Shown here: piece after piece, positions 25,049 to 37,100 of the stretch
Layout of the letters: each line of letters starts with the position of its first letter
How positions within the stretch are numbered: position 1 is the stretch's first letter
Origin: a virus
DNA: 64,000 bases
IMG/VR virus record: IMGVR_UViG_3300028571_000830
Coordinates: 1-64,000 of that record
Reading direction: 5' to 3' (one strand)
Made by a program: the position numbers and the translations under genes
The notes under the pieces: model-generated
Seen by the model: the letters and a program-made list of their open reading frames with translations, nothing else
Told to the model about the DNA's origin: nothing
The model's database searches: none

Positions 25049-28000
25049 TCATCTCTGCCTTGATTGGGTTGTAACTCTAATGCCTAATTCTTTAGCTAGT
25101 TCTGGGTTTAGATAAGGAAGAACCTCTGTTTGTAATTGAGCTCCTATAGGAATCATGTTCAGGAAGTATTTGATAGGATAGTTTTTGTCAATCATCTCTG
25201 GGTCATCAATAACATATCCAGCCACCTCTTTACTAAAGGCTTCTCCAAATGTAAAAATTTTACTACCAAGACCTAGTGCAGGTATTAAAGATCCTCTAGT
25301 AATAGAGTCTGCTGATGCTGGATTGTAATAAAAACTAATCTCATCTGAGATTTTGTTAATCATTTTAGCCCAGAATTTATATCTATTTTTTTCAAGATCT
25401 GTAGCATCTTCAGGAGGTTCTGCTGCTTTGGCTGCAACTAATAATCCAAGCATACCAAATAGAACACCAAACTCTTTCATTTGATTACTTATTTGAGTTC
25501 TAATAAGATCGTTAAATTCTTCCTGAGTTATTTGCAGTTCCTGTCCTGTTTTCTCAAAATAATCTTGTTTTTTAGATGCTAAAAGTTCTTCTAGTAAAGC
25601 AAGACCTTCAACACTACCATTAGAGATTTGAATCATTTTATTGACATTCCAATTACATAAAGCAATCCATGTCTTAAAGAATACCCTAGCTCTACCATAT
25701 TCCCACTCTCCCAGCTCTACATCTTTTTTAATATCTCCAGTACGTACATATACTTGTTTAGGAATCCAGTGTTTGAACATCATGAAAGAACTAAATATAC
25801 TATCTCTTCTGTACCCTGCTTTATTACTCTCACTCATCTGTCCATTCAACTTTCTTCCAAATTCTACAATCTTTGTACGATATTTAGCAAGCTCCTGTGT
25901 ACTAACTCCAGGAATAGAAGCTCCATCTTCATTAACTTCTACTACATGTATTAATGCAGACTTGTCTTTTAATTCTAACACTCTTTTCTCAAAAGATTTT
26001 TCTAACTCTTGACGTTCTGGAACTGAAAGTTTTTCCCTAGCTAGTCTATCTTGTGCTCTTAAATGCTGTCTAATATTAATTATTTTACCATCTACAACCA
26101 TAGAGTTATCTAAAAAACTTAAAGCATTTGTAAGTTGTAGTCTTTTTTCAGGAAAGGAGTTGGTAGACATCATTACATCTGTAAATGTCCAGGAGCCTAT
26201 AAAGTCTAGGAAAGATTTTTTTCCTGCTAGTTCTTTTATTTTTTCTCCAGCAATATCCTCGTTTAGAGGCACAAAGATGTTAATAAGAGCTTTCTCTTTA
26301 GTCGAGAGACCTGCCACCACTTTTACATGGTTCTTCATAAACTCTTTGTAGTTGTACATATTACCCCCATTGATTAATGCTTGGAAGTTATATCCTGCCC
26401 AGTTGGCAATAGCAATAAGTGGCTTTAAACCCACAGCAAGAGCTCTAACTAATGTATCAGCATTTTTTAATGCTTTCTTACTAGACACTACTCTTTTCTC
26501 TACAGCCTCTTGATCCTTAGATAGTTTACCTACAAAGGATGTAAGTTGGATGTTACCAAGAGAGTTTAGATTCTCTTTAATACCATAAAGATCGTCATCA
26601 ATAATAGTTTCTAAAATGTCTGCGTTTTTATTAGTGGCTTCATTAACTCTTGGTTTCCCTCCTTCAAATATTACATTATTGTTTTCATCTAAAACAAGGC
26701 TTCCTTTAGCTTTCTCTACAGCTTGTAAAGTGAGAAGAGTGTTTTCCATGTTTTTAGAAGCCTCATAGTTTAACAAAGATTTCATCCATAGTATACCCAC
26801 TTTATTCAAATCTCTGGAAAGCTGGTCTGCAGCTTTTTCTGATCTCTTAAAGTATCTAGGGATTTGTTTTACAATTTTACCTGTCTCCTTATCTTTCACA
26901 CCAAAACCCTGTTCTTCATCCACCTGTGCTGTGTAAAGTTCTTTAAAGAAGTCAGAAGACTGTGCAAAGAAATCTCCTCTTTGACCAAACTTTTCAAGAG
27001 TGGTGGCTTCTATTAGAGGGAAGAATGAAGATCCTTCTTTTTCCAAATAACCCAAGTTTTTAGCTTTCTGGTTTAGAGCTATGAAGAAATTCCATACAGC
27101 TAATGCAGCATCACTCTTACGCATTTCTTCATACTCCTGAGAGTAATGACCTTCCTCTTTCATAGTTCTGTTAAATAGATAACTAAAGGTGAAGTCTTCA
27201 TAACCATTAAAGGAAGAGCTATTTATTTCTAGAGAATCTTTGAGTTTTTTAATTATATAAGCTTTTTGTCCTGCGTCTGCCTCTGGGTCAGAAAAAAATT
27301 GTATACGATTAATTTCATCCATCCCCTTTTTAATAGCTTCTTCAGATAACTTATTGTACTCTTCAAGATCTATATTTTTTATCAAAAACTCTTTATCTCT
27401 AACTTTTTTAGCTTTATTAATAGCCTCCCAAAAAGTTGGATCAATTTTTTTTATAAGTTTTAATTTACCATTAGTCACTGTACCAATCATGTCAAAAGCT
27501 TTTTTACCTTTAGCTCTTGCTTCTTTTTCTAGTGGTAATAATATTTTTTCAAACTCTCCTACAGCTTTGGATAGAATTATATCCACCTCGCTGCGTACAT
27601 TAATAACTAAATTAGACGCAGCCTTAATAAGCTTTGGAGAAAGCTTAGAACCTTCAATAAAGTTTTTTTCTAGCATAGACACTTCTGCCTCAGCAGCTAG
27701 TGCAGTCATCTTATCTGCTTCTGTTGTAACTCCTTGTCTTAAGGCAAATTCCACAGCAAACTCTCTTTGTAGTTCTAAGATTTCATTATCCATCCTTTTA
27801 GTAAAAGTGGATATATCCTCTAAAGAAGATAACACTTTTTTATCTTCAACACTAAGTCCTTCTTTAGGAAACACAGATAGGAATATAACATCTAAGGCAC
27901 TAAACTTATCTGCACTATTTTGGTAGGAAATAAGTTCTTTAAGTTTTATTTCTATTTCTTCTTTAGAAAGATCTGAAAACTTAGTTTTCTTGATATTGTC

Positions 28001-31000
28001 TATTGCAAGTCTGGCATTTTTAATAAATGTTTTACCAACGTTTACAAGAGGTTCAAAGTCCAACTTAACATGTAGCTGTCTGATAGCTTTACTGTATTCA
28101 GAAAGCCTTAGTCTTTTTGCCATTTGCTGTTCTGCAGGTACATACTGACTTTGCAGCTTATCATACTCTGTCCTCATTGCACTTAATAAGGAATCCACCT
28201 TTTCATTACCAGTAGATTCACTATTTACAGGTACAGGTAGAAGATATAGAGTGGTTTCTTTAAGACTATCTAATTTACCAATCTCTACAGATTTAGCAAT
28301 TAAAGGACTTTTTCTATCATTAGGAATAGAGTTTTCATAATTAACTATGAAAGGAATCATTCTGGCTTTCCTAAGTTGATTAGGCTTTAGTCCATAGTTG
28401 TATAAGATTTTGGTATATTCCCCCATCTGCTCTTTCCATTCTTTCTGCTTGAACCAAGGAACATCTTCTTCTCTACGTTTGTCTATACTACTAAACTTCC
28501 AATCTAGAATATCCACTTTAATATCTGATGTGCCATCAGCTTTTGTAATAGGCTCTATAGCCATAAAGTCCACAGTAGAAGCAAGAAGTCCTTTTACTTT
28601 TTCATTGATCACCATCTTCTCAAGTATAAACCTAGTACCAGGAGCATAAGAGTTTATAAGCTCTACAGCAAACCTCTCCACTTTATCTACAATATCTTTA
28701 GAGAGAGATGTAGTGATAACTTCGCCAGATACAGGTGTAGGTCTTTTATATCCATTCTCATCAATTAATACATTACTAATGTATTTCTCAAGATATCTAT
28801 GTCCATCTAAACCCCAATCTCTCTTTTGCTCATCCACCTTCTTTTGCTCTTCAGTTCTTTCAGGACCTTTATAAGCTTCTTTAATCTTTTGTGTAACTGA
28901 TTTAAGCACTCTAATTGCCTTGTACATATAATATCTATCCTTTGGGTCTGCATCATTTAATACTAAATCTGCATCCTTTTCCAGAATAGTGTTGTACATT
29001 TGATCTACTAAAGGATTTTCCTGCACTTGGAAAAATACTTCATCACCTATTACATCAGTGACAGGCCCTATTTCTCCTGCTACAATTTGAGAAGCTACAT
29101 CCTTAAACAAATCAATATTTGCCTTTCTATAAAGACTCTTAATAAAATCTAGGATACTAGTCCACCATGAACGTACTTGATTAACATTTTCTTCTTGTCT
29201 AAGTTCAGGAAACTGATCTGGATTCTGACCATCATTAATAATGAGTTCTGCTATGAGTTTATCTACAGCTTCTTTCTTAATCTTACGAATGTTTGGTTTA
29301 CCATTAGGAAGTTGATAAGCTTTTAACTTGCTATACTTATCCAAGACAACTTTGTATATCTTGAACTTATCAATCTTAGATATTAGAGTGGTGATTATTT
29401 CAGGAGAAGTTTGTTCAATCATAGCTGTAGCTATATGGACCACTTCTTCTGTAATAGCTTCTCCTTCTTTACCTGTAGCAATGGCAATAGTTTTTTGGGC
29501 TAGATCTGCAACAGCATTAATTCCTGTAGAAGGTATGTCAGGATTACCTTTTAAATAGTCAGAAAGATCTTGAAGACTAACACCCATTTTAGTAGCCACC
29601 TCTTTCATTCTATCTATAACTTCTTTATTAGCTGTAGAAGAGAGTACTCCTGTGGATTGTAATAAGCTAGTATCTGAAGACTTAATAAACTCTTTAAAAC
29701 CTTCTATATCTTGTTTGTTTCCTAGTATATGAATTTGTTCTGGTTCAAATACTGCAAGTTCATCTCCTAATACACTTTCTTTTTCAAAATAACTATCAGC
29801 ATTAGGATAATTATCTTTATAAAATTGCTCACCCTCTTCTAGTTGAATAGGATTCCGCATATTCAATAAATTAGCTATTACTTTACCATAATCTTTAGCT
29901 TGATTATAAGATGTAGTAAAATGAACAGCTCCATACTCTCCAGTATTATATTTTTCAAAAGTATCTCCTTTAGTACCATGATAAACAATATCCTTCACTT
30001 TACTATCAGGAAATATAGTGTCTAAGTATTGAGAGTATAGTTGTAAAGCTTGTTGTTTTTGTTGTGGGGTTATTTGAGGTTGTTGAAAAAAAGCTTCTTC
30101 AGAATATGCTATTACATCTTCTAAAATAGAAGTGTTTGTAAACCCCAGTATTTTAGCAACAGCATCTACAAAATCTTTAAATAAGTTAGATTTTTTACCT
30201 TCTGTAGGTATTTCTTTAAGTATATTTATTAATTCAGGGTTTGTAAATACTTCAGAAATAAACTCATGTAAATCTGTTTCAGATTCAGTATAATTTGTTC
30301 TTATAAAATAATCATAAGTACCAAACCCTCTATCTTGTTTTTGTATCCTATCTTTATTTTGTTCTACATAAGATACTACTTTGTTTCTTATTCTAACTAA
30401 GTTGTCTAAAGCTTCTATCTGAGATTTACTCAAATCAACAGGTTTTATATAACCTTGTCTTATATTATCTTTATTATACTTATCATTAAAATCTATAACC
30501 CCTTTTAAATTTTGGTAGCTGTAAATAATATTATCAGTAACAGAATGTAATAATTCATGTCCTATTTTTTTAGCAAGAGTAGACTTGTTTCCTCCCTGTG
30601 CTTCTATTTTTTTAAGATTAGGTTTCCATATACCATATTCTAATCCACCTAAAACAATATCTGTTTCATTTATTTTAGGTAAAAATCCTCCATTTAATAA
30701 TTTTTTAATTAAAATAGAACTAGGAATATTATTTCTTTCACCAGAAGTCAATTCTTCTATTACATCAAAATTTACTAATTCCCCATCTATAGCTTTTCTA
30801 CCTTGTAATTTTGTAGTAGGTGTTTCAAACCCTAAAGCGTCATATACTTGATTAGCTAACTCAGGATTAGAATCAAATAGTTCTTCCACTCCTGGTTTAA
30901 TTTCTCCTGCAGGAGCTACTTGATAAAAGAAACCCTTGGCATTGTCAATAGCTTTGAAGGCTCTCTTGTTAGGAACAGCCTTTGTACTGTCGTTCTCTTC

Positions 31001-31177
31001 AGAGAATAGTCTTTCCTGTACTCCATACCTTTCTTTAGCTCTGTCAGAAAATATAGTGTTATATTTTCTAAAAGCATTCAAGTCTAGAATATTAAGAAAT
31101 TTATCTATAATATTTCTAGTACGCATCCAAGCTTTTGTAGAAGCTTCTGCTGTTTTAAATTCGCAACTACTTGCCAT
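25049..31177 (-). CDS. Large polyvalent ejection/cargo protein (zincin + ART-like + PD-(D/E)xK domains)
   Basis: GHELLHS...LHEFISE zincin; VYHGT...HFTTSYNQAKDY ART-PolyVal-like; degenerate ITEEVVH; TVDFMAI...ILDWKF nuclease-like; hydrophobic C-terminus. Confidence 0.7.
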   Translation of the reverse strand: MASSCEFKTAEASTKAWMRTRNIIDKFLNILDLNAFRKYNTIFSDRAKERYGVQERLFSEENDSTKAVPNKRAFKAIDNAKGFFYQVAPAGEIKPGVEELFDSNPELANQVYDALGFETPTTKLQGRKAIDGELVNFDVIEELTSGERNNIPSSILIKKLLNGGFLPKINETDIVLGGLEYGIWKPNLKKIEAQGGNKSTLAKKIGHELLHSVTDNIIYSYQNLKGVIDFNDKYNKDNIRQGYIKPVDLSKSQIEALDNLVRIRNKVVSYVEQNKDRIQKQDRGFGTYDYFIRTNYTESETDLHEFISEVFTNPELINILKEIPTEGKKSNLFKDFVDAVAKILGFTNTSILEDVIAYSEEAFFQQPQITPQQKQQALQLYSQYLDTIFPDSKVKDIVYHGTKGDTFEKYNTGEYGAVHFTTSYNQAKDYGKVIANLLNMRNPIQLEEGEQFYKDNYPNADSYFEKESVLGDELAVFEPEQIHILGNKQDIEGFKEFIKSSDTSLLQSTGVLSSTANKEVIDRMKEVATKMGVSLQDLSDYLKGNPDIPSTGINAVADLAQKTIAIATGKEGEAITEEVVHIATAMIEQTSPEIITTLISKIDKFKIYKVVLDKYSKLKAYQLPNGKPNIRKIKKEAVDKLIAELIINDGQNPDQFPELRQEENVNQVRSWWTSILDFIKSLYRKANIDLFKDVASQIVAGEIGPVTDVIGDEVFFQVQENPLVDQMYNTILEKDADLVLNDADPKDRYYMYKAIRVLKSVTQKIKEAYKGPERTEEQKKVDEQKRDWGLDGHRYLEKYISNVLIDENGYKRPTPVSGEVITTSLSKDIVDKVERFAVELINSYAPGTRFILEKMVINEKVKGLLASTVDFMAIEPITKADGTSDIKVDILDWKFSSIDKRREEDVPWFKQKEWKEQMGEYTKILYNYGLKPNQLRKARMIPFIVNYENSIPNDRKSPLIAKSVEIGKLDSLKETTLYLLPVPVNSESTGNEKVDSLLSAMRTEYDKLQSQYVPAEQQMAKRLRLSEYSKAIRQLHVKLDFEPLVNVGKTFIKNARLAIDNIKKTKFSDLSKEEIEIKLKELISYQNSADKFSALDVIFLSVFPKEGLSVEDKKVLSSLEDISTFTKRMDNEILELQREFAVEFALRQGVTTEADKMTALAAEAEVSMLEKNFIEGSKLSPKLIKAASNLVINVRSEVDIILSKAVGEFEKILLPLEKEARAKGKKAFDMIGTVTNGKLKLIKKIDPTFWEAINKAKKVRDKEFLIKNIDLEEYNKLSEEAIKKGMDEINRIQFFSDPEADAGQKAYIIKKLKDSLEINSSSFNGYEDFTFSYLFNRTMKEEGHYSQEYEEMRKSDAALAVWNFFIALNQKAKNLGYLEKEGSSFFPLIEATTLEKFGQRGDFFAQSSDFFKELYTAQVDEEQGFGVKDKETGKIVKQIPRYFKRSEKAADQLSRDLNKVGILWMKSLLNYEASKNMENTLLTLQAVEKAKGSLVLDENNNVIFEGGKPRVNEATNKNADILETIIDDDLYGIKENLNSLGNIQLTSFVGKLSKDQEAVEKRVVSSKKALKNADTLVRALAVGLKPLIAIANWAGYNFQALINGGNMYNYKEFMKNHVKVVAGLSTKEKALINIFVPLNEDIAGEKIKELAGKKSFLDFIGSWTFTDVMMSTNSFPEKRLQLTNALSFLDNSMVVDGKIINIRQHLRAQDRLAREKLSVPERQELEKSFEKRVLELKDKSALIHVVEVNEDGASIPGVSTQELAKYRTKIVEFGRKLNGQMSESNKAGYRRDSIFSSFMMFKHWIPKQVYVRTGDIKKDVELGEWEYGRARVFFKTWIALCNWNVNKMIQISNGSVEGLALLEELLASKKQDYFEKTGQELQITQEEFNDLIRTQISNQMKEFGVLFGMLGLLVAAKAAEPPEDATDLEKNRYKFWAKMINKISDEISFYYNPASADSITRGSLIPALGLGSKIFTFGEAFSKEVAGYVIDDPEMIDKNYPIKYFLNMIPIGAQLQTEVLPYLNPELAKELGIRVTTQSRQR

Positions 31178-31180
31178 ATA

Positions 31181-34100
31181 TTAACATTCAAATGGGTCTT
31201 GTGATTCGTTAGTTTCTGATGTCCAATCTTTATCTGTTATTGATAAATCTTTTCTTACTTCAAGTTCTTTAGATAGATCTATTGTAGGTTTAATAATAGT
31301 AGATGGTTGAGAAGTTTGAAGAGCATCATTTAATTGTTCTCTCCAATTTGAGTCAGCCATATTAATTGCAGGAATACCTTTTCTTCTAGCCATCTCTACA
31401 GCTTGTCCAGTTCCACCTTTAGGTCTAATACCTGATGTTTCTTGTGCATAGAATAAAACAAAGTCCACAGGAGTATTAAGATTATCACCAAATATTTGAT
31501 TTGTATTTCTAGCCATTAGTTTAAGAGCTCCTGGAGATAATGCTCCTGGATTAGGATGCAACTCTCTAGCAATGTTTTGTTCTTTAGGTCTACTTCCTTG
31601 TTTCTCAGGAGAGAACAAATTCTTTTTATTTGTTCCTTTAGAAAATGCTGCATCAGCACCCTCTTCTCCACCACGGAATGTAACTCCTGTGTTAAGTGTA
31701 TATCCTTTAGATGTTAGTTCTTTAGCTACTTGTGTCATTTGATTTAACACTTCTTGAGGAGTTTGTCTACTACCAATACCAGCATAAGTCATAGTTGGAA
31801 CTTCTGATTTAGAAGGAAGTTTATTAAACTCTGTCATATTTGGAGATTCTTGAATAGGTGCCTCTTGCAAAGGTATGGAAGTTGGTAGAAATTTCCTAAT
31901 TTCTGCATCAGTTCTTTCTGGAGAAGTGTAAATAGTTTCTTCTAATACATCCCCAAAGAAGTTGTATTGTTTAATGTAAGAACCTTTTTGTACAGGAATG
32001 AAATCATTGTCAAATACAGAAGGTCTTTCTGTGTCATAGAATTCATTAGCCCTAAATCCATCTCCCCAAGCATTTACCATTTTGTAAACAAAATTTTCAT
32101 ATTGTTTCTCTCTAAGGACTACAGGATCAGTTTTTAAATCATCATTATACACTTTAACAAATAATCCTCTTTTAATGAAAGAATAGTCTCTTATCTTACG
32201 CATTTCCTGTTTTTCTTTCTTACTAAGATTTGCTTCCCAAGTGTATACAATTGCATCTGATTGTGTAGCTCTAGAACGTGTAGATAGTTTTATAAGCTGT
32301 GGTATTTGTCCATTTGCAATGGCTGTTTTGATTGTATCTTTAAAAGATACCATTGGCATATTGTAATACCATCTTCCCGAAGCACTTATCCCTCCTCTAG
32401 CCTTTTCATGAGGAACAATTGTATTATCAGACCAGTTATTTCTTTGAAGAACATTGAGCTTGTAGTAATCCATTAAGTCAATATCTGTACGTTCTTCTAA
32501 ACTATTTATTACATCTCCATATACATCTTGGAAATCTTCATATGGAAGAAGGGATGTAAATGAATAAGGTGTAACTGAAAGCCCTGATTGTAGAATAGAC
32601 ACTGCTACAATCTTTTTGTAGGTTTTTAGATCCCCTATAGAAATAAAATAATTTCTCATCTCCCTAAAAGAGTATATGATTTGATCTTGATCATAAATCT
32701 TATTGTCTTTATTATCTATAGATAGATTGTTGGCTCTACCTGGTCTATCTGATGATTTTAGTACTAAGATACCTTTCTTACCAACAATATGATTATCATA
32801 TAGAGGATGGGTGGGATCTTGTGCTATATCATTTTTTAGATTAGTAATTTGTGTAGGAGCATTGTCATCTGATAATAATATAAGTTTAAGAAATTGATTT
32901 CTTTCATCTGTAAGTTGTACTGCCCAATCAAAGAAGTCATTAATAGCTTTTCTTGAAATCTTTAAGAAGTCTCTATCATTAGTAGTCAAAGTGTAAGGGC
33001 TTAATACGTCTTCTAGCACTTGTCTCACTTTACCTCTATCAGATAAGAAAATGGTATCACCTAAAGCACTTCTCATCTTTTCCACCCTATCTACAGTCTT
33101 TCTAATAAAGGAGTTTTCTAATAGAAAATCTGCAGAAGAAATGATAGATTTCTTAGCTCTTTCTAACTGTTCTGATTTTTTAAATACCAAGAAAGGGTCT
33201 CCAAGACTGGCTGTATCATAGTTGGTTCCTTGAGTTACGTAAAGCAACTGTTCAGACATCTTGGCATATTTCAAGAATTCAGTTAAAGCCACTTGTTGAA
33301 CAGCTTTGTCTTCAGGGGTAAATTCCTTGGCACCTACAAGTTCTCCTAGTTTAATAGTACTTGGTAGTTGATTGGGAAGAGGAGTGGAAGTTTTATACTT
33401 CTCTTGAGCTGCTTCTACAAATGAGTCTATAAATAGATATGAATATCCTGCATTTTCAATTTCTTGTAAGTAATCTAAAATGATAGGCTGGTTCATAAAG
33501 AAAGCCACTGTATCTATTGGCACTCCCAACTTAACTAAGAATAAAAACGTAGAAGCTACATTAGGCTTGGCTCCAAGTTGCATGATCCAAGGACCCTTTG
33601 AAATGTCCACATATCCATCAATGAATTGACCAATAATATCAGAAATATGTTGTCCTTTTGGATATTTTTTACTTCTTTCAGCATTTTTAATCATAGATAA
33701 AGTGGGTACTTCCTTACCGTTGATTTTTATCTTATTATATTCAGGAAGTTTAATAGTCATATCTACTGGATTCATAGAGCCTCCTGTCAACCAGAATTTA
33801 TCTTGTTTATCTAAATTTGCAAATCTAGACTCATCAATATAAATAGGTTGTCTTTGATTTAAGGAATGGTTTGTCTGAGCCACAGCCGCAATACCAATTG
33901 CATACTTACCTCTAACAAATGCATGTCTTAAAGTATCCATGAATGTTCTATCCAACATATTACCTACAGCATCACTTTCAAAAGTTTTTTCTCCTAGCTT
34001 TTTAGTAATATTATCTGCAAGATCTTTTAGTTGCTTTGCAGAATTGGGTTTAATTAGTTGTTCATAATTTGCTTCACTCGATACTAAATTCTGAAGAGAT

Positions 34101-37100
34101 TGAATGTAAGCATTCTCTAAAGACTTTCTGTACATTCTATCTGCAAGAACATCATAGTCATCCTCAATCTTATCAAGATCTTTATTTCTTTCTCCTAGAA
34201 GAACATATTCAATATCCTCTTTTATAATAAGATCTTTAATCTTTTGTTTAGCCTGATCCCCTATTCCAAAATAAGGAACTATCTTAAGATCTCCTTTAGC
34301 AGTGGTGTAGACATTCTTAAAGTAGATACTCAACTTGTCAATATCAAAGTCAGATCCCACTTTTCTAACAAGGGCAGAAGGAACTACAACAGAATCTCCA
34401 AATTCTTTTGGTAAGAATTGTTTAATTACAAAAGAATCAATTGAGTTTTGTTTCTGTGTAGGAATACGGAATGCAATTCCAGATAAAATCTTTTGTCCTT
34501 CAGGAGTGTTATTTAAGTATTCAAGAAGTTTCTCATCAGACATATTAGTATTAAACCATCTGCCCACCATAATCTCTGCTACACGTTTACCATCTTTCTC
34601 ATAAAACTTCAATACATCAGAAGTGTATCCCTCTTTACCATTGATAGAAGTTTTTTCAGCTCTTATTTCTTCAAGACCTGTAGAAGGAATTTGCACCTTT
34701 AAGCCTCCAGAAATCTTAGGAGAAACAATATACTTATCTACTAATGAGTAAAGAATACTTTTAATTTGGCTGTAAGCAGGGGTGGCTTCTAGTGCAGATT
34801 TGTCACTTAAGAAATCTTTTAAGGCTTGAACAATGTTTGAGTTCACCTCTCTTCTTAAGATTTCATCATTAAGAGCTTTTCCAGCTTTAGACTTATCCAC
34901 TATAACATAGGTGTCATCCTTTTCTTCTATGCCTAATTTGTTAAGAAGAGTTTGATATCCCATCTCTGTCATTTCTTCAAGAAGCATTTGATTATCTTGA
35001 ATCTCTCTAAACAGTGGGGATGTAGTTCTTCTTTCTTCATTGGACAACTTGCTCCATTCATCATATCCTTTCTCATAATCTATAGGTACTCCTGCATTCA
35101 TGAAGTCCATAGTTACAAGTTTGGTCACCTGAGATCCTCTAGTAACAAAAGGTTCTTCTTTTGAAGGCACATCAGATTGAATACTCATAATTGCAAAAGG
35201 CACTTTTATCTTCCCTTTATATGGAGTTGTATTAAATTTACCATCTGCATCATAGAATGGATTAGGAGATTCTGCTCCCACCTTTCTAGCAGTGTTAAAT
35301 ACAACATAGTCTATATTCTCTAGTTGCATTTTATCATAGAGCTTTAAAAGATTGGAAGAAACTCTTCCACCATTCTTAGCTATCTCTTTCTGCACACGAT
35401 AAGACAGAGGGTATAAAGCAAACTTATCTAAGATGACATCATTGTAAGGTCTGCCATTACCCTTGTTACCAGCAACAATAGGCTTTTGAGCAGTGTAAGT
35501 ACTAGTAACTCCAGGATTTCTTTTTGCTAACAGATCCATCTCTTCTTGAGAGAGAGGGATTTTCCTGTCTCTTTTTTCCCAAGCTACATCATACCTATAC
35601 TGAAGTTCTTCCATATCATTCCAATTACTAGCACGTATTCTTAAATTACGATAAGCTTTCATAGAAATCATACCACCACCATCTCCTTCATCCCAAGGCT
35701 CATAGTCTGGAAGATCAATAACTCCTTGAACATCTTCTAAAGTGGTGGATGTAAAATAATCTTGAGTAAAATCTGTATAACCAATATCTCCAGGCTCATA
35801 TCCTTCATTCCAAACTCTATTCATAACAGAGTTCATTTCACGAGAATTATTAATGATAGCTTGCCTAGGTGACAAGAAGTTCTTGATACGTTTTAACTCC
35901 TCTGAATATTGATATGGATCAGAGTATAATACTTTATGGAATTCAATATTATTAATAATGTAATTAGCAGTGAGTGTAGATAGAGCTAAGTCTAAATTTG
36001 CATTGGAGATTATTCTATTTTGGGCAAATGCCAAACTTTCTACATTATGAGTTTCTCCATCATCTGATTTAGAAATAATACTATACTTCTCTAATACATC
36101 ATATACCTTTTCAGACTCTGTTTTAATAAATTTTTCAACAGCAGAGTCTATTTTAGATTTATACTTATTATAGATTTCTTCTGGTGAAATAGTTTTATCT
36201 GAAAGAACAGTTTTAGATAATTCCTCTCCAAGAATAGCTTGCATAAATCTTAACTCACTATTCTTTCTCTTCTTAGCAACAGGACGTTTTTCTCTTACAA
36301 GATTAATCTCATCAATTAAGTATCCTCTAAATATATTATGAATTTGGGTATAGCCCATTCTCATATCTTCTTTAGTAATAGGATTACCCATGTAAGTCAT
36401 ATATTCTCTAGAGGCATCTCCTGCTACAAGATTGTAGTAGTAGCCATCTAAATTCATATTTATCTCTTGCACCATACGTTCTTTAAAGTTTAAAGAACTA
36501 GAAGCCTTCTTCTTACCCTTACCCTGATCATTCGTACCATCAGCAGCAGCAGGTTTTAATAGTTGATCTACATCTCCTCCAGTTCTTTTTGATCCTGTTT
36601 TTGTTTCTGGATCAATATTGAAAATGGAGTTCAGAAGAACAGAGTTTTGAGCAAAAGAATCTGTATACAAATAACTGTATTGAGGACTATCTTTCAAAGA
36701 CTCATAAGTAGGATATGCAGACAAAGCCTTGTATAAATCAGAACTAGGATTGGTACCAATAAAGGTTTGACTCTTCTCTCCATTAATAGCATAGAAAGTA
36801 CTGGCAAAGTCTGGGTTTTCAATCTTAGCTTTAATAGAAGCTAAAGTGAGAAGTCTGCTGTTAATATCTAAAGCCCTGCTACCAATAGTAGCGATTTTTT
36901 TTCTTTCAGTCATACTGGTTTTAATACCAGTGGTAGCTATATTAAACTTCTCAAACAAACTAGGATTGGTTATCTCTAAGTCTCTAAGATCTGAAGCATC
37001 AAACTCAATACCCAGAGAGGCTAAAAATTTAACCTTTTCTTCCAGAGTATTAATCTTTACACCATTGAAAGCTTTTTCCTTAGCTATATAAGCCTTTTGC

